64,000 nt of DNA. Origin: an uncultured bacterium (GTDB taxonomy: Bacteria > Krumholzibacteriota > Krumholzibacteriia > Krumholzibacteriales > Krumholzibacteriaceae). Below are positions 1-14,040 of this stretch, piece after piece; positions within the stretch are counted from its first letter, which is position 1, and every line of letters begins with the position of its first letter. The notes beneath the pieces are model-generated. The model was not told where the DNA came from, ran no database searches, and saw only the letters and a program-made list of their open reading frames with translations. The translations under genes were made by a program, and so were the position numbers. Where the stretch lies: NCBI GenBank assembly GCA_963813815.1, contig CAWFAD010000007.1, positions 256,001 through 320,000 of the forward strand, in the 5' to 3' direction.

Positions 1-1
1 G

Positions 2-268
2 GGCGTTTCGTGGAATCAGGTCGGCGACAGTTGGGCCTACTCGATCGGCCTCAAGAGCGTCAATTTCTTCGTCGACGAGACGAACGACGCGATGCTCGCC
101 GTGCTCTCCGCGATCGCGAAGGAAGGAAAAACCTTCTCCGGCGGCGTGCATTACATCTCGACCCCGACCGATCTGCCGCGCGAGTATCGCGAGCGGTACC
201 GTTCGGGCGGCAACGTGAAGATCGGCTACATCCTCTACGGCGGCAACGCGCTCCTCATCTCGATGTAG
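2..268 (+). CDS. 3' end of a hypothetical protein, truncated by the window edge
   Basis: Open frame from position 2 (GVSWNQVGDSWAYSIG...GGNALLISM*) with genome-typical codons, TAG at 266-268, followed by a terminator. Preferred over the Arg-rich track ORF 10..273. Confidence 0.7.
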   Translation, partial: GVSWNQVGDSWAYSIGLKSVNFFVDETNDAMLAVLSAIAKEGKTFSGGVHYISTPTDLPREYRERYRSGGNVKIGYILYGGNALLISM

Positions 269-294
269 GATAGCGAACCGCCGAGTTCGGTCGC

Positions 295-329
295 AAAAGT
301 GCGGCACGCTAGTCGTGCCGCACTTTTTT
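295..329 (+). terminator. Intrinsic terminator
   Basis: aaaagtgcggcacg-ctagt-cgtgccgcacttttttg: perfect stem plus T-tract. Confidence 0.85.
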
Positions 330-383
330 GTTGCGGGCCGCGAGCGCTCCTCCTTCGTCCCCCCCGGGGAGGGGTGAATGGGC

Positions 384-412
384 TTGACCGCGCGGCGCCC
401 GTGCGATAGCGT
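384..412 (+). promoter_or_regulatory. Putative sigma70 promoter of the yhaM-alr-deo operon
   Basis: TTGACC-17 bp-TAGCGT. Confidence 0.45.
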
Positions 413-461
413 GTATGGGGTTATCGTGCATTCAGCCCGGCTTTTACCGGCGGAGGTTTCG

Positions 462-1421
462 ATGGGCAAGGTGGCGGAGCGGGTGGAGCGGGTCATGGTC
501 GTCGCTCGCAAGGACTGGCGGGAATCCGTCAACGGCAGGTTTCTCCTCTTTCAGTTCACCGATCGCGACGGGCCCCTCAAGGGGGTGCTCTGGCAGGCGA
601 ACGATGAGATCGACCGGGATATCAACGTCAACGACGTCGTGCGGATCAAGGGGGAGCTCAAGCCCTATCAGGGCGCCTTCGAGCTCCACGTCGCGAACAT
701 CGTGAAGCTCGGCGAGAACGAGTATGACCCCGCACAGTTCATTCCCGCCTCCGTCGAGCGGACGGACCAGGTGCACGAGCAGATCGTCGGTATGATCGCC
801 ACGATGGAAAACGGGCACCTGCGGGCGCTCCTGAGCGGCATCTTCACGGACGGGGATTTCGCCGCGAGGTTTCTCCGCTCGCCGGCGGCTCGGGTCTGGC
901 ACCACTCCTACCTCGGGGGCCTCGCGCAGCACGTCCGCGACATGGCTCTCATCGCGCAGCGGGTCGCCGACGTCTACCCGGAGGTCGACCGCGACCTCCT
1001 GCTCGCGGGGGTGCTCGTGCACGATCTGGGCAAGGTGGAGGAGCTCGAAATCACGAACCGGATCGATTACAGCGACGCCGGAAGGCTCCTCGGCCACATC
1101 ATGCTCGGCACCGAGTTCATCGAAGGGCGCATTCGCGCCGCCGAGGGTTTTCCGCCCGAGCTCGCGATGAAGCTCAAGCACATGATTCTGAGCCATCACG
1201 GCCAGCTCGACCACGGCTCTCCGATCGTTCCGATGACCATCGAGGCGATTCTCCTTCATTACATCGACAACCTCGACGCGCAGGCGAGAGGGGCGCTCCA
1301 GGTGCTCGACAAGGACACGGGGCGTTTCGGGCGCTGGACCGAGTACGTGAAGCTGCTCGATCGTTTCCTCTATCGCGGCGACCGGTCGCGCGAGGACGCG
1401 GAGGGGAGAGATCTCTCGTGA
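462..1421 (+). CDS. yhaM: 3'-5' exoribonuclease, YhaM family (OB fold + HD domain)
   Basis: HHSYLGGLAQH, VHDLGK, ILSHHG and HYIDNLDA motifs; GGAGG before ATG 462. Confidence 0.85.
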   Translation: MGKVAERVERVMVVARKDWRESVNGRFLLFQFTDRDGPLKGVLWQANDEIDRDINVNDVVRIKGELKPYQGAFELHVANIVKLGENEYDPAQFIPASVERTDQVHEQIVGMIATMENGHLRALLSGIFTDGDFAARFLRSPAARVWHHSYLGGLAQHVRDMALIAQRVADVYPEVDRDLLLAGVLVHDLGKVEELEITNRIDYSDAGRLLGHIMLGTEFIEGRIRAAEGFPPELAMKLKHMILSHHGQLDHGSPIVPMTIEAILLHYIDNLDAQARGALQVLDKDTGRFGRWTEYVKLLDRFLYRGDRSREDAEGRDLS

Positions 1422-2584
1422 ATCGGTTTCCGGCGTGGGTGGAGATCAACCTCGACGCCGCGAGGCGCAACATCGAGCGCATCCGGGCCATGCTGCCGCC
1501 GGGAGTGGGGATTCTCTTCGTCGTCAAAGCGGACGCGTACGGTCACGGCGCCGTGCGGATCTCCCGCCTCGCCGAGGAATGCGGCGTGGCCATTCTCGGC
1601 GTGGCGACGCTCGACGAGGGGCGCGAGCTCCGCAGGGCGGGCATCGGTCTGCCGATTCTCGTGCTGAGCCCCGTTCTTCCTCAGGAGCTCGATCGGGCGA
1701 TCGAGAACGATCTCGCGGTGACCGCCTCGTCCCTCGGGTTCGCCGAGGCCGCCGGGGAGGCCGCGCTTCGCCGGGGCGTCCGCTGCGCGATACACGTCGA
1801 GATCGACACGGGCATGGGGCGCGCCGGGGTGGCCCGCGAGTCCGCGGTCGAAACGATCGCCCGCATGTCCGTCCTGCCCGGCGTCAGCCTCGAGGGCATC
1901 TTCACGCATTTCCCCGTCTCCGACATCGACGACGCCTTCACGCGGGACCAGATCGCGGCATTCACGGACATCGTCGACGCGCTCGCTCGCGACGGCGTCG
2001 TGTTCCGCCACGTGCACAGCGCGAACAGCGCCGCGATCATGAACTTCCCCTCGTCTCATTTCAATCTCGTCCGGCCGGGGCTGCTCGTCTACGGGCACGC
2101 CCCTTCCCCATCGCTGCGGGACCGGGTCGACGTCGAGCCGGTCATGAGCTTCAAGGCGCGCCTCGTGCTCGTGCGCGAGATGCCCGCGGGAGCGAGCGTC
2201 AGCTACGGGAGGACGTTCGTCTCGCAGCAGCCGTTTCTCATGGGAGTCGTGCCGGTCGGCTACGGACACGGGCTGAGCCACCGGCTCTCGAACAACGGGC
2301 ACGTTCTGTTCCGCGGGTGCCGCGTGCCGATCGTCGGCCGCGTGACGATGGACATGACGATGCTCGACCTCTCCGCCTTTCCCGACGCGCGCGTCGGGGA
2401 AGAGATCGTCATCTTCGGGCGACAGGGAGCGGGGGAGATCACCGTGGATGACGTCGCGCGCTGGGACGAGACGCTGAACTACGAGGTGCTCTGCCGCATC
2501 AGCAAGCGCGTCGCGCGCATCTATCTGCGGAAGGGCCGCATCGAGAGCATGAAGACCCTGCTGGGCGTCAGACACGCCCCCTAG
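1418..2584 (+). CDS. alr: Alanine racemase
   Basis: VVKADAYGHG PLP lysine, DTGMGRAG, VSYG, GRVTMD; GTGA overlap with yhaM. Confidence 0.95.
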   Translation: MNRFPAWVEINLDAARRNIERIRAMLPPGVGILFVVKADAYGHGAVRISRLAEECGVAILGVATLDEGRELRRAGIGLPILVLSPVLPQELDRAIENDLAVTASSLGFAEAAGEAALRRGVRCAIHVEIDTGMGRAGVARESAVETIARMSVLPGVSLEGIFTHFPVSDIDDAFTRDQIAAFTDIVDALARDGVVFRHVHSANSAAIMNFPSSHFNLVRPGLLVYGHAPSPSLRDRVDVEPVMSFKARLVLVREMPAGASVSYGRTFVSQQPFLMGVVPVGYGHGLSHRLSNNGHVLFRGCRVPIVGRVTMDMTMLDLSAFPDARVGEEIVIFGRQGAGEITVDDVARWDETLNYEVLCRISKRVARIYLRKGRIESMKTLLGVRHAP

Positions 2585-2645
2585 AGCCCCGGGCTTCCGG
2601 TTTCGGCGCTTCCGGCGAGCGGACGGTACCCGTCAAAAGCGTTTC

Positions 2646-3815
2646 ATGAAGAAACAGGCGATAACGATCGTGATCGACGGCGTCGGCGTCGGCGAGCTTC
2701 CCGACGCGGAGCGCTACGGCGATCGCGGCGCGAACTCCATCGCGAACACGGCGCGCGCCGTCGGGGGGCTTCGCCTCCCGGCGCTCGCCGCGATGGGGCT
2801 CGGCGGCGTCACGGCCATACGGGGCGTCGAGCCCGCGGCGAACCCGAGCGCCTCGTTCGGGCGGATGGCGGAGATCTCGCCGGGGAAGGATTCGACGACG
2901 GGGCACTGGGAGCTCATGGGGCGCCCGCTCGAGGAGCCGTTTCCCCTGTTTCCGCGGGGTTTTCCCCCGGAGATCATCGCCGCGTTCGAGGAGCTCGCCG
3001 GGCGATCCATCCTCGGCAACAAGGCCGCTTCGGGAACCGCCATCATCGAGGATCTCGGGGAGGAGCACCTGCGCACGGGCCGTTTGATCGTGTACACCTC
3101 CGCCGACAGCGTCTTTCAGGTGGCGGCCCACGAGGACGTGATACCGCCCCGCGAGCTCTACCGCATGTGCCGGGCGGCGCGCGAGATGCTCGTTCCGCCT
3201 CATCACGTGGCGCGCGTGATCGCGCGCCCCTTCACGGGACGCCCCGGCGCTTTCGTCCGCACGAAGGGCCGGCGCGATTTCTCGCTTCCCCCGCCCGGAC
3301 CGACGCTGCTCGATGAGCTCTCGGAGCGGGGGCTTTCGGTCGTGACCGTCGGAAAGATCCACGACCTCTTCGCCGGGCGGGGCGTCGCGCGCGTCGTCGA
3401 GGCGAGTGGAAACGAGGAGGCCATGCGGGGGACCGATCGCGTGATCCGCGAGGGCGCGGACTTTTCGTTTCTGTTCGCGAATTTCATCGATTTCGACATG
3501 AATTGGGGGCACCGCCGCGACCCCGCCGGATACGCCGGTGGGCTCGAGCGCTTCGACTCGTGGCTCGCCGGCTTCGCGGCGAATCTCCCGCGGGGCGCGC
3601 TTCTCGCGGTGACGAGCGATCACGGCTGCGATCCGACGATGCCCGGCTCGGACCATACGCGCGAGTACGCGCCGATTCTGGCGACTATCACGGGCTCCGG
3701 CCGGGGCTCTCCGCTTGGCACGAGGGGCTCCTTCTGCGACCTCGCAGCCACGATCGCCGAATGGCTCGGCGTGCCGCCGACGGCGGGAGAGAGCTTTCTT
3801 GCGGCTCTCGGTTGA
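2646..3815 (+). CDS. deoB: Phosphopentomutase
   Basis: DGVGVGELPDA, GKDSTTGHWE, YTSADSV, WGHRRD, SDHGCDP, DHTRE. Confidence 0.95.
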   Translation: MKKQAITIVIDGVGVGELPDAERYGDRGANSIANTARAVGGLRLPALAAMGLGGVTAIRGVEPAANPSASFGRMAEISPGKDSTTGHWELMGRPLEEPFPLFPRGFPPEIIAAFEELAGRSILGNKAASGTAIIEDLGEEHLRTGRLIVYTSADSVFQVAAHEDVIPPRELYRMCRAAREMLVPPHHVARVIARPFTGRPGAFVRTKGRRDFSLPPPGPTLLDELSERGLSVVTVGKIHDLFAGRGVARVVEASGNEEAMRGTDRVIREGADFSFLFANFIDFDMNWGHRRDPAGYAGGLERFDSWLAGFAANLPRGALLAVTSDHGCDPTMPGSDHTREYAPILATITGSGRGSPLGTRGSFCDLAATIAEWLGVPPTAGESFLAALG

Positions 3816-3847
3816 GCCGAGGCCCGAATTCACGAAGGGAGACGGCG

Positions 3848-4516
3848 GTGGAGCACATACGGCTCGGCGGGCTCATCGATCACACGCTGCTGCGGCCAGA
3901 GGCCGCGGCGGAGGATGTCCGGCGCCTCTGCCGCGAGGCGGCGGAGCACGGCTTCTTCTCGGCGGTCGTCAACACGCATTGGGTTCCGCTCGCGGCCCGC
4001 GAGCTCGCCGGCACGCCGGTCGTCGTCTGCTCGATCGCCGGATTCCCGCTCGGCGCGGTCGATTCGGGGACCAAAGCGTTCGAGGCGGGCCGCGCCGTGC
4101 GCGCCGGGGCGCGGGAGATCGACATGGTGATGAACGTCGGCGCATTCAAGTCCGGCGAATTCGATTTCGTGCGCGAGGACATCGCGGGCGTCGTTCGCGC
4201 GTGCGGATCCGAAGCGCTCGTCAAGGTCATCATCGAGGCGGCTCTCCTCACGGACGACGAAAAAATGATCGCCTGCGGCCTCGTTCGCGGAGGGGGAGCG
4301 GGCTTCGTCAAGACCTCCACCGGATTCGGCCCGCCGGGAGCGAGCGTCCGCGACGTCGAGATCCTGCGCCGCGCGGTCGGCCCGGATTTCGGCGTCAAGG
4401 CGTCGGCCGGCATTCGGACGGCCGCCTTCGCCCTCGAGCTCGTGCGCGCGGGAGCGACGAGGATCGGCACGAGCGCGAGCGTCCAGATCATGAAGGAGTG
4501 GAACGAGCTCGCGTGA
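3848..4516 (+). CDS. deoC: Deoxyribose-phosphate aldolase
   Basis: IDHTLL, GFPLGA, EIDMV, FVKTSTGF, GVKAS, RIGTS; GTG start inferred. Confidence 0.95.
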   Translation: MEHIRLGGLIDHTLLRPEAAAEDVRRLCREAAEHGFFSAVVNTHWVPLAARELAGTPVVVCSIAGFPLGAVDSGTKAFEAGRAVRAGAREIDMVMNVGAFKSGEFDFVREDIAGVVRACGSEALVKVIIEAALLTDDEKMIACGLVRGGGAGFVKTSTGFGPPGASVRDVEILRRAVGPDFGVKASAGIRTAAFALELVRAGATRIGTSASVQIMKEWNELA

Positions 4517-4627
4517 ACGCCATCGACGTCATACGGAAGAAGCGCGACGGCGGCCGCCGTCAGGCTCGAGCGCGCCGCGGCCTTCTCCGACCGGCCCGTG
4601 TCGCCGCCCTCTCTCGTTCTCGATTGA
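4513..4627 (+). pseudogene. pdp: Pyrimidine-nucleoside/thymidine phosphorylase remnant (N- and C-termini joined out of frame)
   Basis: GTGA-coupled start gives MNAIDVIRKKRDGG, the family N-terminus. The +1 frame gives AAVRLERAAAFSDRPVSPPSLVLD*, resembling the family C-terminus. It sits at the expected deo operon position. Confidence 0.8.
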
Positions 4628-4664
4628 GTTTGGAACGCCGTCGCGCGGACCAACGGAGGCGCCC

Positions 4665-6785
4665 TCAGCGCGGTACGACCTTCTCCCGAGACGCCTCTCG
4701 ATCGAGCTCGCGGAAATCCTTTTCCTTGTCGAGCAGATCGTACTGGCTCACGCGATGGATGTCGCACTGGCGCGCGGGCTCGCTCTCGGCGACGAAGATC
4801 TCTCGGTGCACCTTCGGGCAGTAGGGCGTGCCGAGGAGGCCCGATTCCTCGCAGATGAGCTCCTCGACGATGTTGTCCGGCATGCGGAACGCGGGGCCGC
4901 GGTTCGTCGGGTAGGCCGCCTTCATCGTCTCGACCCAGATGGGCAGGGCGGCGCGGGCGCCGGTCATGCCGTTGCCCATCGTTTTTCGTTCGTCGAACCC
5001 CGTCCATACGCCGATGACGATCTCGGGCGTGTAGCCGATGAACCAGGCGTCGGTGTACTCGTCCGTCGTTCCCGTTTTGCCGGCCACCGGTATGTCGAGG
5101 CCGTAGGCCCTCGCGGCCGCGCCGGTTCCGTCCACTTCGTCGACCACGCTCGTGAGCATATCGGTGATGATGTACGAGATGTCGGCGCCGAGCACCTCCT
5201 CGTGGTACTCGCGGTACTCCTCGAGCGCGTTGCCGTTTCGGTCCTCGATGCGGAGTATCGCTATGGGCTCGGCCCGCATCCCTTCCGCGGCGAGGCAGCC
5301 GAAGGCGTTCGTGAGCTCGAGGAGATTGATCTCGTTCGTGCCGAGAGCGAGCGAGAGCACGTTCTGGAGCCTGCTCTTGATCCCCATTCTCTTCGCGACG
5401 TTGATCACCGTCGGCGGGCCGATCGCCTGGATGAGCTTGATCGAGGGAATGTTGAGCGAGCGGGCGAGCGCTTCGCGGAGCGACACGGCGCCGTGAAACT
5501 TGCGGTCGTAGTTGCGCGGCTTCCAGACGTCGCCGTTCGGGAGCTCCACGACGAAGGGCGTGTCGATCAGGATGTCCGAGGGGCTGTAGCCGCTCTCGAG
5601 CGCCGCGATGTAGAGGAACGGCTTAAAGGCCGAGCCGGGCTGCCGCGGCGCCTGCAGGGCGCGGTTGTACTGAGTCTCGCGGAAGTTGCGTCCGCCGATG
5701 AGCGCGAGTATGTGGCCGGAGCGCGGATCGATCGCGACGAGAGCCCCCTGGAGGTACTCGGCCCGCACCTTCTCGCCGCCAGCCGTGGCCCGCTCGTACT
5801 GCGCTCGCGTCTGGGAGAAGCGCTTCTCGCTCTCGAGCTGCAACATCTGCGCTTCGAGGCTGCGTTCGGCCGCGCGCTGGAGGCCGGCGTCGAGAGTCGT
5901 GTAGACGGTGTACCCCTCCCGATAGATCGATCGCGAGCCGTATTTCGCCTCGAGTATCTGGCGGATGTGCTCGCAGAAGTAGCCGGCGAAATCTTGATTC
6001 TCGGCGACCTTCTTCACGATGTCGAGCGAGCCGGCCCGGAGCGAATCGCGCTCCGTCTTCGTGATGACGCCGAACTCCTCCATCTCGCCGAGCACGACCT
6101 GCATGCGGTGCATCGAGCGCTCCCGGTTCGTGAAGGGGTTGTACCCGCCGGGATTTTTCGGCAATCCGGCGAGCAGGGCGATCTGGTTCAGCCCGACCTC
6201 CTGCACCGGCTTTCCGAAGTATTTTCTCGATGCGGCTTCGATGCCGTACGTGCCCTCGCCGAAGTAGATCTGGTTGAGGTACATCTCGAGGATCTCGTCC
6301 TTCGAGTAGGTGCGCTCGATCTTGAAGGAGAGCAGCACCTCCTTGATCTTTCGCGCGAAGGTTTGCTCCTTCGTGAGGAAGAGATCGCGCGAGAGCTGTT
6401 GGGTGATCGTGCTCGTCCCGCGCGCGCCGCGCAGATTGAAGAGATTTCTCGCGGCGACGAAGATGAGCCGCCTGAGATCGATGCCGCTGTGCTCGTAGAA
6501 GTGCCGGTCCTCGACGGCGAGGAACGAGCGGCGCACGCTCGTGGGAATCTTGTCGAGCGGCACGAAGACGCGATTCTCCTCGTAGAACTCCTTCACCACG
6601 GAGGAGTCGCGCGCGAGGATGCGCGTCTTGAGCGCGGGCTCGATCATCTCGAGCCGTTCCATCGAAGGCAAGTCTCGCGAAAAGTATACGGCGGCGCCCG
6701 CCGCGATGCCGAGCAGACACGCGAAGGAAAGCCCCAGGCTCCAGAGAAGGATGCGCTCCGCGCGCGTCAGCGGTCTGAAGGTCAT
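4665..6785 (-). CDS. mrcA: Class A penicillin-binding protein (PBP1A family)
   Basis: EDRHFYEH, GTSTITQQL, RKIKE transglycosylase motifs; SAFK, SLN, KTG transpeptidase motifs; N-terminal TM. Confidence 0.9.
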   Translation of the reverse strand: MTFRPLTRAERILLWSLGLSFACLLGIAAGAAVYFSRDLPSMERLEMIEPALKTRILARDSSVVKEFYEENRVFVPLDKIPTSVRRSFLAVEDRHFYEHSGIDLRRLIFVAARNLFNLRGARGTSTITQQLSRDLFLTKEQTFARKIKEVLLSFKIERTYSKDEILEMYLNQIYFGEGTYGIEAASRKYFGKPVQEVGLNQIALLAGLPKNPGGYNPFTNRERSMHRMQVVLGEMEEFGVITKTERDSLRAGSLDIVKKVAENQDFAGYFCEHIRQILEAKYGSRSIYREGYTVYTTLDAGLQRAAERSLEAQMLQLESEKRFSQTRAQYERATAGGEKVRAEYLQGALVAIDPRSGHILALIGGRNFRETQYNRALQAPRQPGSAFKPFLYIAALESGYSPSDILIDTPFVVELPNGDVWKPRNYDRKFHGAVSLREALARSLNIPSIKLIQAIGPPTVINVAKRMGIKSRLQNVLSLALGTNEINLLELTNAFGCLAAEGMRAEPIAILRIEDRNGNALEEYREYHEEVLGADISYIITDMLTSVVDEVDGTGAAARAYGLDIPVAGKTGTTDEYTDAWFIGYTPEIVIGVWTGFDERKTMGNGMTGARAALPIWVETMKAAYPTNRGPAFRMPDNIVEELICEESGLLGTPYCPKVHREIFVAESEPARQCDIHRVSQYDLLDKEKDFRELDREASREKVVPR

Positions 6786-6945
6786 TTCGTTTCGTCTCCG
6801 TTCGCAGCGCGGCGCCGCGCCATGCGAGCGCCGGCTGCGGTGAAATGTAACGGTAGGGACGCCGCTTTTCCACCTTTTTCAGCCGACCGCCGGCGCCGCG
6901 CTCCGGAAGAAAGCCAAGAATAAGAGGGAATTCGAGAAAAAGGAG

Positions 6946-7078
6946 TTGACAAACCTTCCAGCGAAGCTTATATAGACTGCACGCCTAACGCAAAGCGCGA
7001 TAGTGTTTTGCAGGCCTCCAAAAAACTTTTGGAAATCTCGAGATAGGGATTGACAAAAGGGGCCAAAGGGAATATATT
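6946..7078 (+). promoter_or_regulatory. Tandem rrn promoters
   Basis: TTGACA(6946)-17-TATATA and TTGACA(7050)-17-TATATT in an AT-rich region. Confidence 0.7.
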
Positions 7079-7111
7079 GGCCTTTTGGAGAAATTCCATA
7101 CAGGGAATTCC

Positions 7112-7138
7112 GTTCTTTGAAAATGAAATAGCGTGCGA
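7112..7138 (+). promoter_or_regulatory. rrn leader boxA and 16S processing stem arm
   Basis: GTTCTTTGAAAA, repeated as GTTCTTTGACAA at 9101. gaaatagcgtgcga (7125-7138) is the exact reverse complement of 8870-8883. Confidence 0.75.
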
Positions 7139-7238
7139 TGCCCTTGCCAGTTTGGTTCGGGCCCAAAGATCCGTAATGGATCGTTGGGAAGTACGTCAAT
7201 TCGAGCGTAGCGCAAGCTACGGCTCTTCGGTTTTTTTT

Positions 7239-8798
<1,560 letters not shown>

Positions 8799-8894
8799 TA
8801 AGGAGAAGACTCTGTCGAGCCGGTAACGGCGCGATGGGGTACTTCGGTCGACCGAATCTACTGCAATGCTCGCACGCTATTTCTAAATATTCGG

Positions 8895-8971
8895 GGGCCT
8901 ATAGCTCAGTTGGTCAGAGCGCGCGCCTGATAAGCGCGAGGTCAGTGGTTCAACTCCACTTAGGCCCACCA
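8895..8971 (+). tRNA. tRNA-Ile(GAT)
   Basis: GGGCCTA...TAGGCCC-A-CCA; anticodon loop CTGATAA. Confidence 0.97.
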
Positions 8972-8999
8972 TTGAGTGGTTGAGAAATACGACTCAATT

Positions 9000-9072
9000 G
9001 GGGATGTAGCTCAGCTGGGAGAGCACCTGCTTTGCAAGCAGGGGGTCGCCGGTTCGAATCCGGTCATCTCCA
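9000..9072 (+). tRNA. tRNA-Ala(TGC), CCA not encoded
   Basis: GGGGATG...CATCTCC-A with G3:U70; anticodon loop TTTGCAA; followed by CGA. Confidence 0.97.
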
Positions 9073-9151
9073 CGAATAAGAGATCTGGACCTTCCAGTTC
9101 GTTCTTTGACAACAAAAGCAGGGTAATGCGAACAGGCATCTTCGCGTTTCT

Positions 9152-12189
<3,038 letters not shown>

Positions 12190-12249
12190 GTTCTTCTCGT
12201 TCATGCGTGAAAATGCCTACTAGTATTGCCCTGCTTTTGTTGATAGATT

Positions 12250-12366
<117 letters not shown>

Positions 12367-12369
12367 TTT

Positions 12370-12399
12370 AAAAGGGCCGCTCGAAGAGCGGCCCTTTTC
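12370..12399. terminator. Bidirectional terminator between rrn and fbp
   Basis: aaaagggccgctc-gaa-gagcggcccttttc. Confidence 0.85.
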
Positions 12400-12445
12400 T
12401 ATTTCGCGCCTCGAGCGGGCATCGCGCGCCGGCGGAAAACCTTCC

Positions 12446-13441
12446 TCACGCCTTTCCCTGAAGCCGCTTCCGGATGCTTTCGACGAGAGCGGGCGAGCCG
12501 ACGTAGAGAGCGGTTCGCTGATGAAGGGACTCGGGCGCTATGTCGAGTATGTCGTTTCCGCTCTCGTCGACCGCGATCCCGCCGGCCTCTCGAGCGATGA
12601 AGGCCGCGACGTTCGCTTCGTAGAGGAGGCGGAGCTTTCCCTTCGGCCGGTTTTTCTCGGGGTTCGGATGGTTGACGATCGCCGGATACATGAACATGCC
12701 GCCGTTCGAAAGCAGGCGGTGAAAATCCGCGGCGAGCGCCCCCATGTAACGGAAGGCGTAACGCTGCTCGTGCTCGTCGATCCATTCCCGAACGCCCGGC
12801 GAAAAGGTTTTTCGGTTCGCCGCGTTGAAAGAAAGCTCCCAGCCCTTCGGGTCCGCCGGCATGACGAGGGGCGCCGAGTTGCCCGGTATCACGTACGTCA
12901 TCGTTTCGTCGAGGTGGAAGCGGAAGACTCCGGCGTCGGCGAGCGCGAGCGTGAAAACGCCGCTCGGGATGAGGAATATCCCCGCGGCGCGGAGCTCCGA
13001 GCCTTTCCTGAGTCGGCCGTCCTCGGGCCCTTCGAGGTTCCGCTTGGCGATCGCGAACATGAAGCCGACGGGGAGATTGTGCTTGATGTTGCTCGATCCG
13101 TCGAGCGGATCGTAGTAGATGAAGTAGCGCCCCCCGCTCTCGTTGAGGGGGACGGGCTCCGCTTCCTCCTCGGTCACCGCGTAGATCACCTGGTTCGAGC
13201 AGCGCAGGTAGTGAAGGACGATCGCGTTCGCGACATCGTCCATCTCCATCACGCTCTCGTCCTGGCAGTTGACGAGCCCCGCCTCTCCCATGAGGTTCTT
13301 GAGCGAGCCGGTCTGATAGAAGTACTGGATGTACTTGGCGGCGGTTTGAACGGCCTCGAGGAGCACGAGAAAATTGTAGCTCCGCCCGTGGCGCTCCTGG
13401 TGGTGGAGCATGAAGTCCATGAAACTCTGCTCGAGCTTCAT
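12446..13441 (-). CDS. fbp: Class I fructose-1,6-bisphosphatase
   Basis: DPLDGSSN, RYMGALAADFHR, GKLRLLYE. Confidence 0.92.
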   Translation of the reverse strand: MKLEQSFMDFMLHHQERHGRSYNFLVLLEAVQTAAKYIQYFYQTGSLKNLMGEAGLVNCQDESVMEMDDVANAIVLHYLRCSNQVIYAVTEEEAEPVPLNESGGRYFIYYDPLDGSSNIKHNLPVGFMFAIAKRNLEGPEDGRLRKGSELRAAGIFLIPSGVFTLALADAGVFRFHLDETMTYVIPGNSAPLVMPADPKGWELSFNAANRKTFSPGVREWIDEHEQRYAFRYMGALAADFHRLLSNGGMFMYPAIVNHPNPEKNRPKGKLRLLYEANVAAFIAREAGGIAVDESGNDILDIAPESLHQRTALYVGSPALVESIRKRLQGKA

Positions 13442-13454
13442 CGCGCTTATCCCG

Positions 13455-13850
13455 CTAGTCCTTCTTCCGGGACCGTTCGGCCTTCATCTTCTCGATCGCC
13501 TGCACGGCCTCCTCGCGGCTCGCGTATATGGAGTAGGGCATCTTCGCCTTCATCGCGGTCGTGCGGAGAGCCATGCGCGCCATGCTGTCCTCGCCCCAGC
13601 GGGCGAGCCCGAGCAGGAGCTTGTCCGTTTCCTTTCGCGCGACCTCGCCGTAGTACTCGGCGACGTCGGCGTGAATGGCGAGCTTGTCGATGTGGGCGAT
13701 CATCCAGAATTTCTCGGTGATGCCTTTCATGTACCGGCCGTATTCCGCGAAGAATGCGTCCACGTCCTCCTTCGTCTTGATATCCCACTGGTCCTCGACG
13801 AAGAGGATGCCGGATGAGCGATCGAAATTAAAGGTGATCTTGTTGTCCAT
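13455..13850 (-). CDS. Small hypothetical protein, possibly SpoIIAA/STAS-like fold
   Basis: 131 aa alpha/beta pattern ending IYASREEAVQAI; 13 bp upstream of fbp. Confidence 0.65.
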   Translation of the reverse strand: MDNKITFNFDRSSGILFVEDQWDIKTKEDVDAFFAEYGRYMKGITEKFWMIAHIDKLAIHADVAEYYGEVARKETDKLLLGLARWGEDSMARMALRTTAMKAKMPYSIYASREEAVQAIEKMKAERSRKKD

Positions 13851-13982
13851 TTCAAACCCCTATGTTCTCGAGAGCCCCATGCGAGCGACGACGATCCACG
13901 CGCCTCGGGGACGAGCATATGCGAACGGCCGCCAAAATCAAGAGAATTTGAATCTCCGCCCGGGCGGCGGAGCGGGCATGAA

Positions 13983-14013
13983 AAACGGGCCGCTCCGGCG
14001 GAGCGGCCCGTTT
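13983..14013 (-). terminator. Terminator of the OmpA-family gene
   Basis: aaacgggccgctcc-ggc-ggagcggcccgttt. Confidence 0.8.
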
Positions 14014-14040
14014 CCGTACGAAGGGCTCCCGGGGGAGCCG

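Noticed and set aside
10..273. Track ORF of 87 aa
   Set aside because: Off-frame shadow; the frame ending at 268 has normal composition.
4546..4627. Programmed frameshift giving a functional Pdp mini-protein
   Set aside because: No slippery sequence, and the product would be under 40 aa with no catalytic domain.
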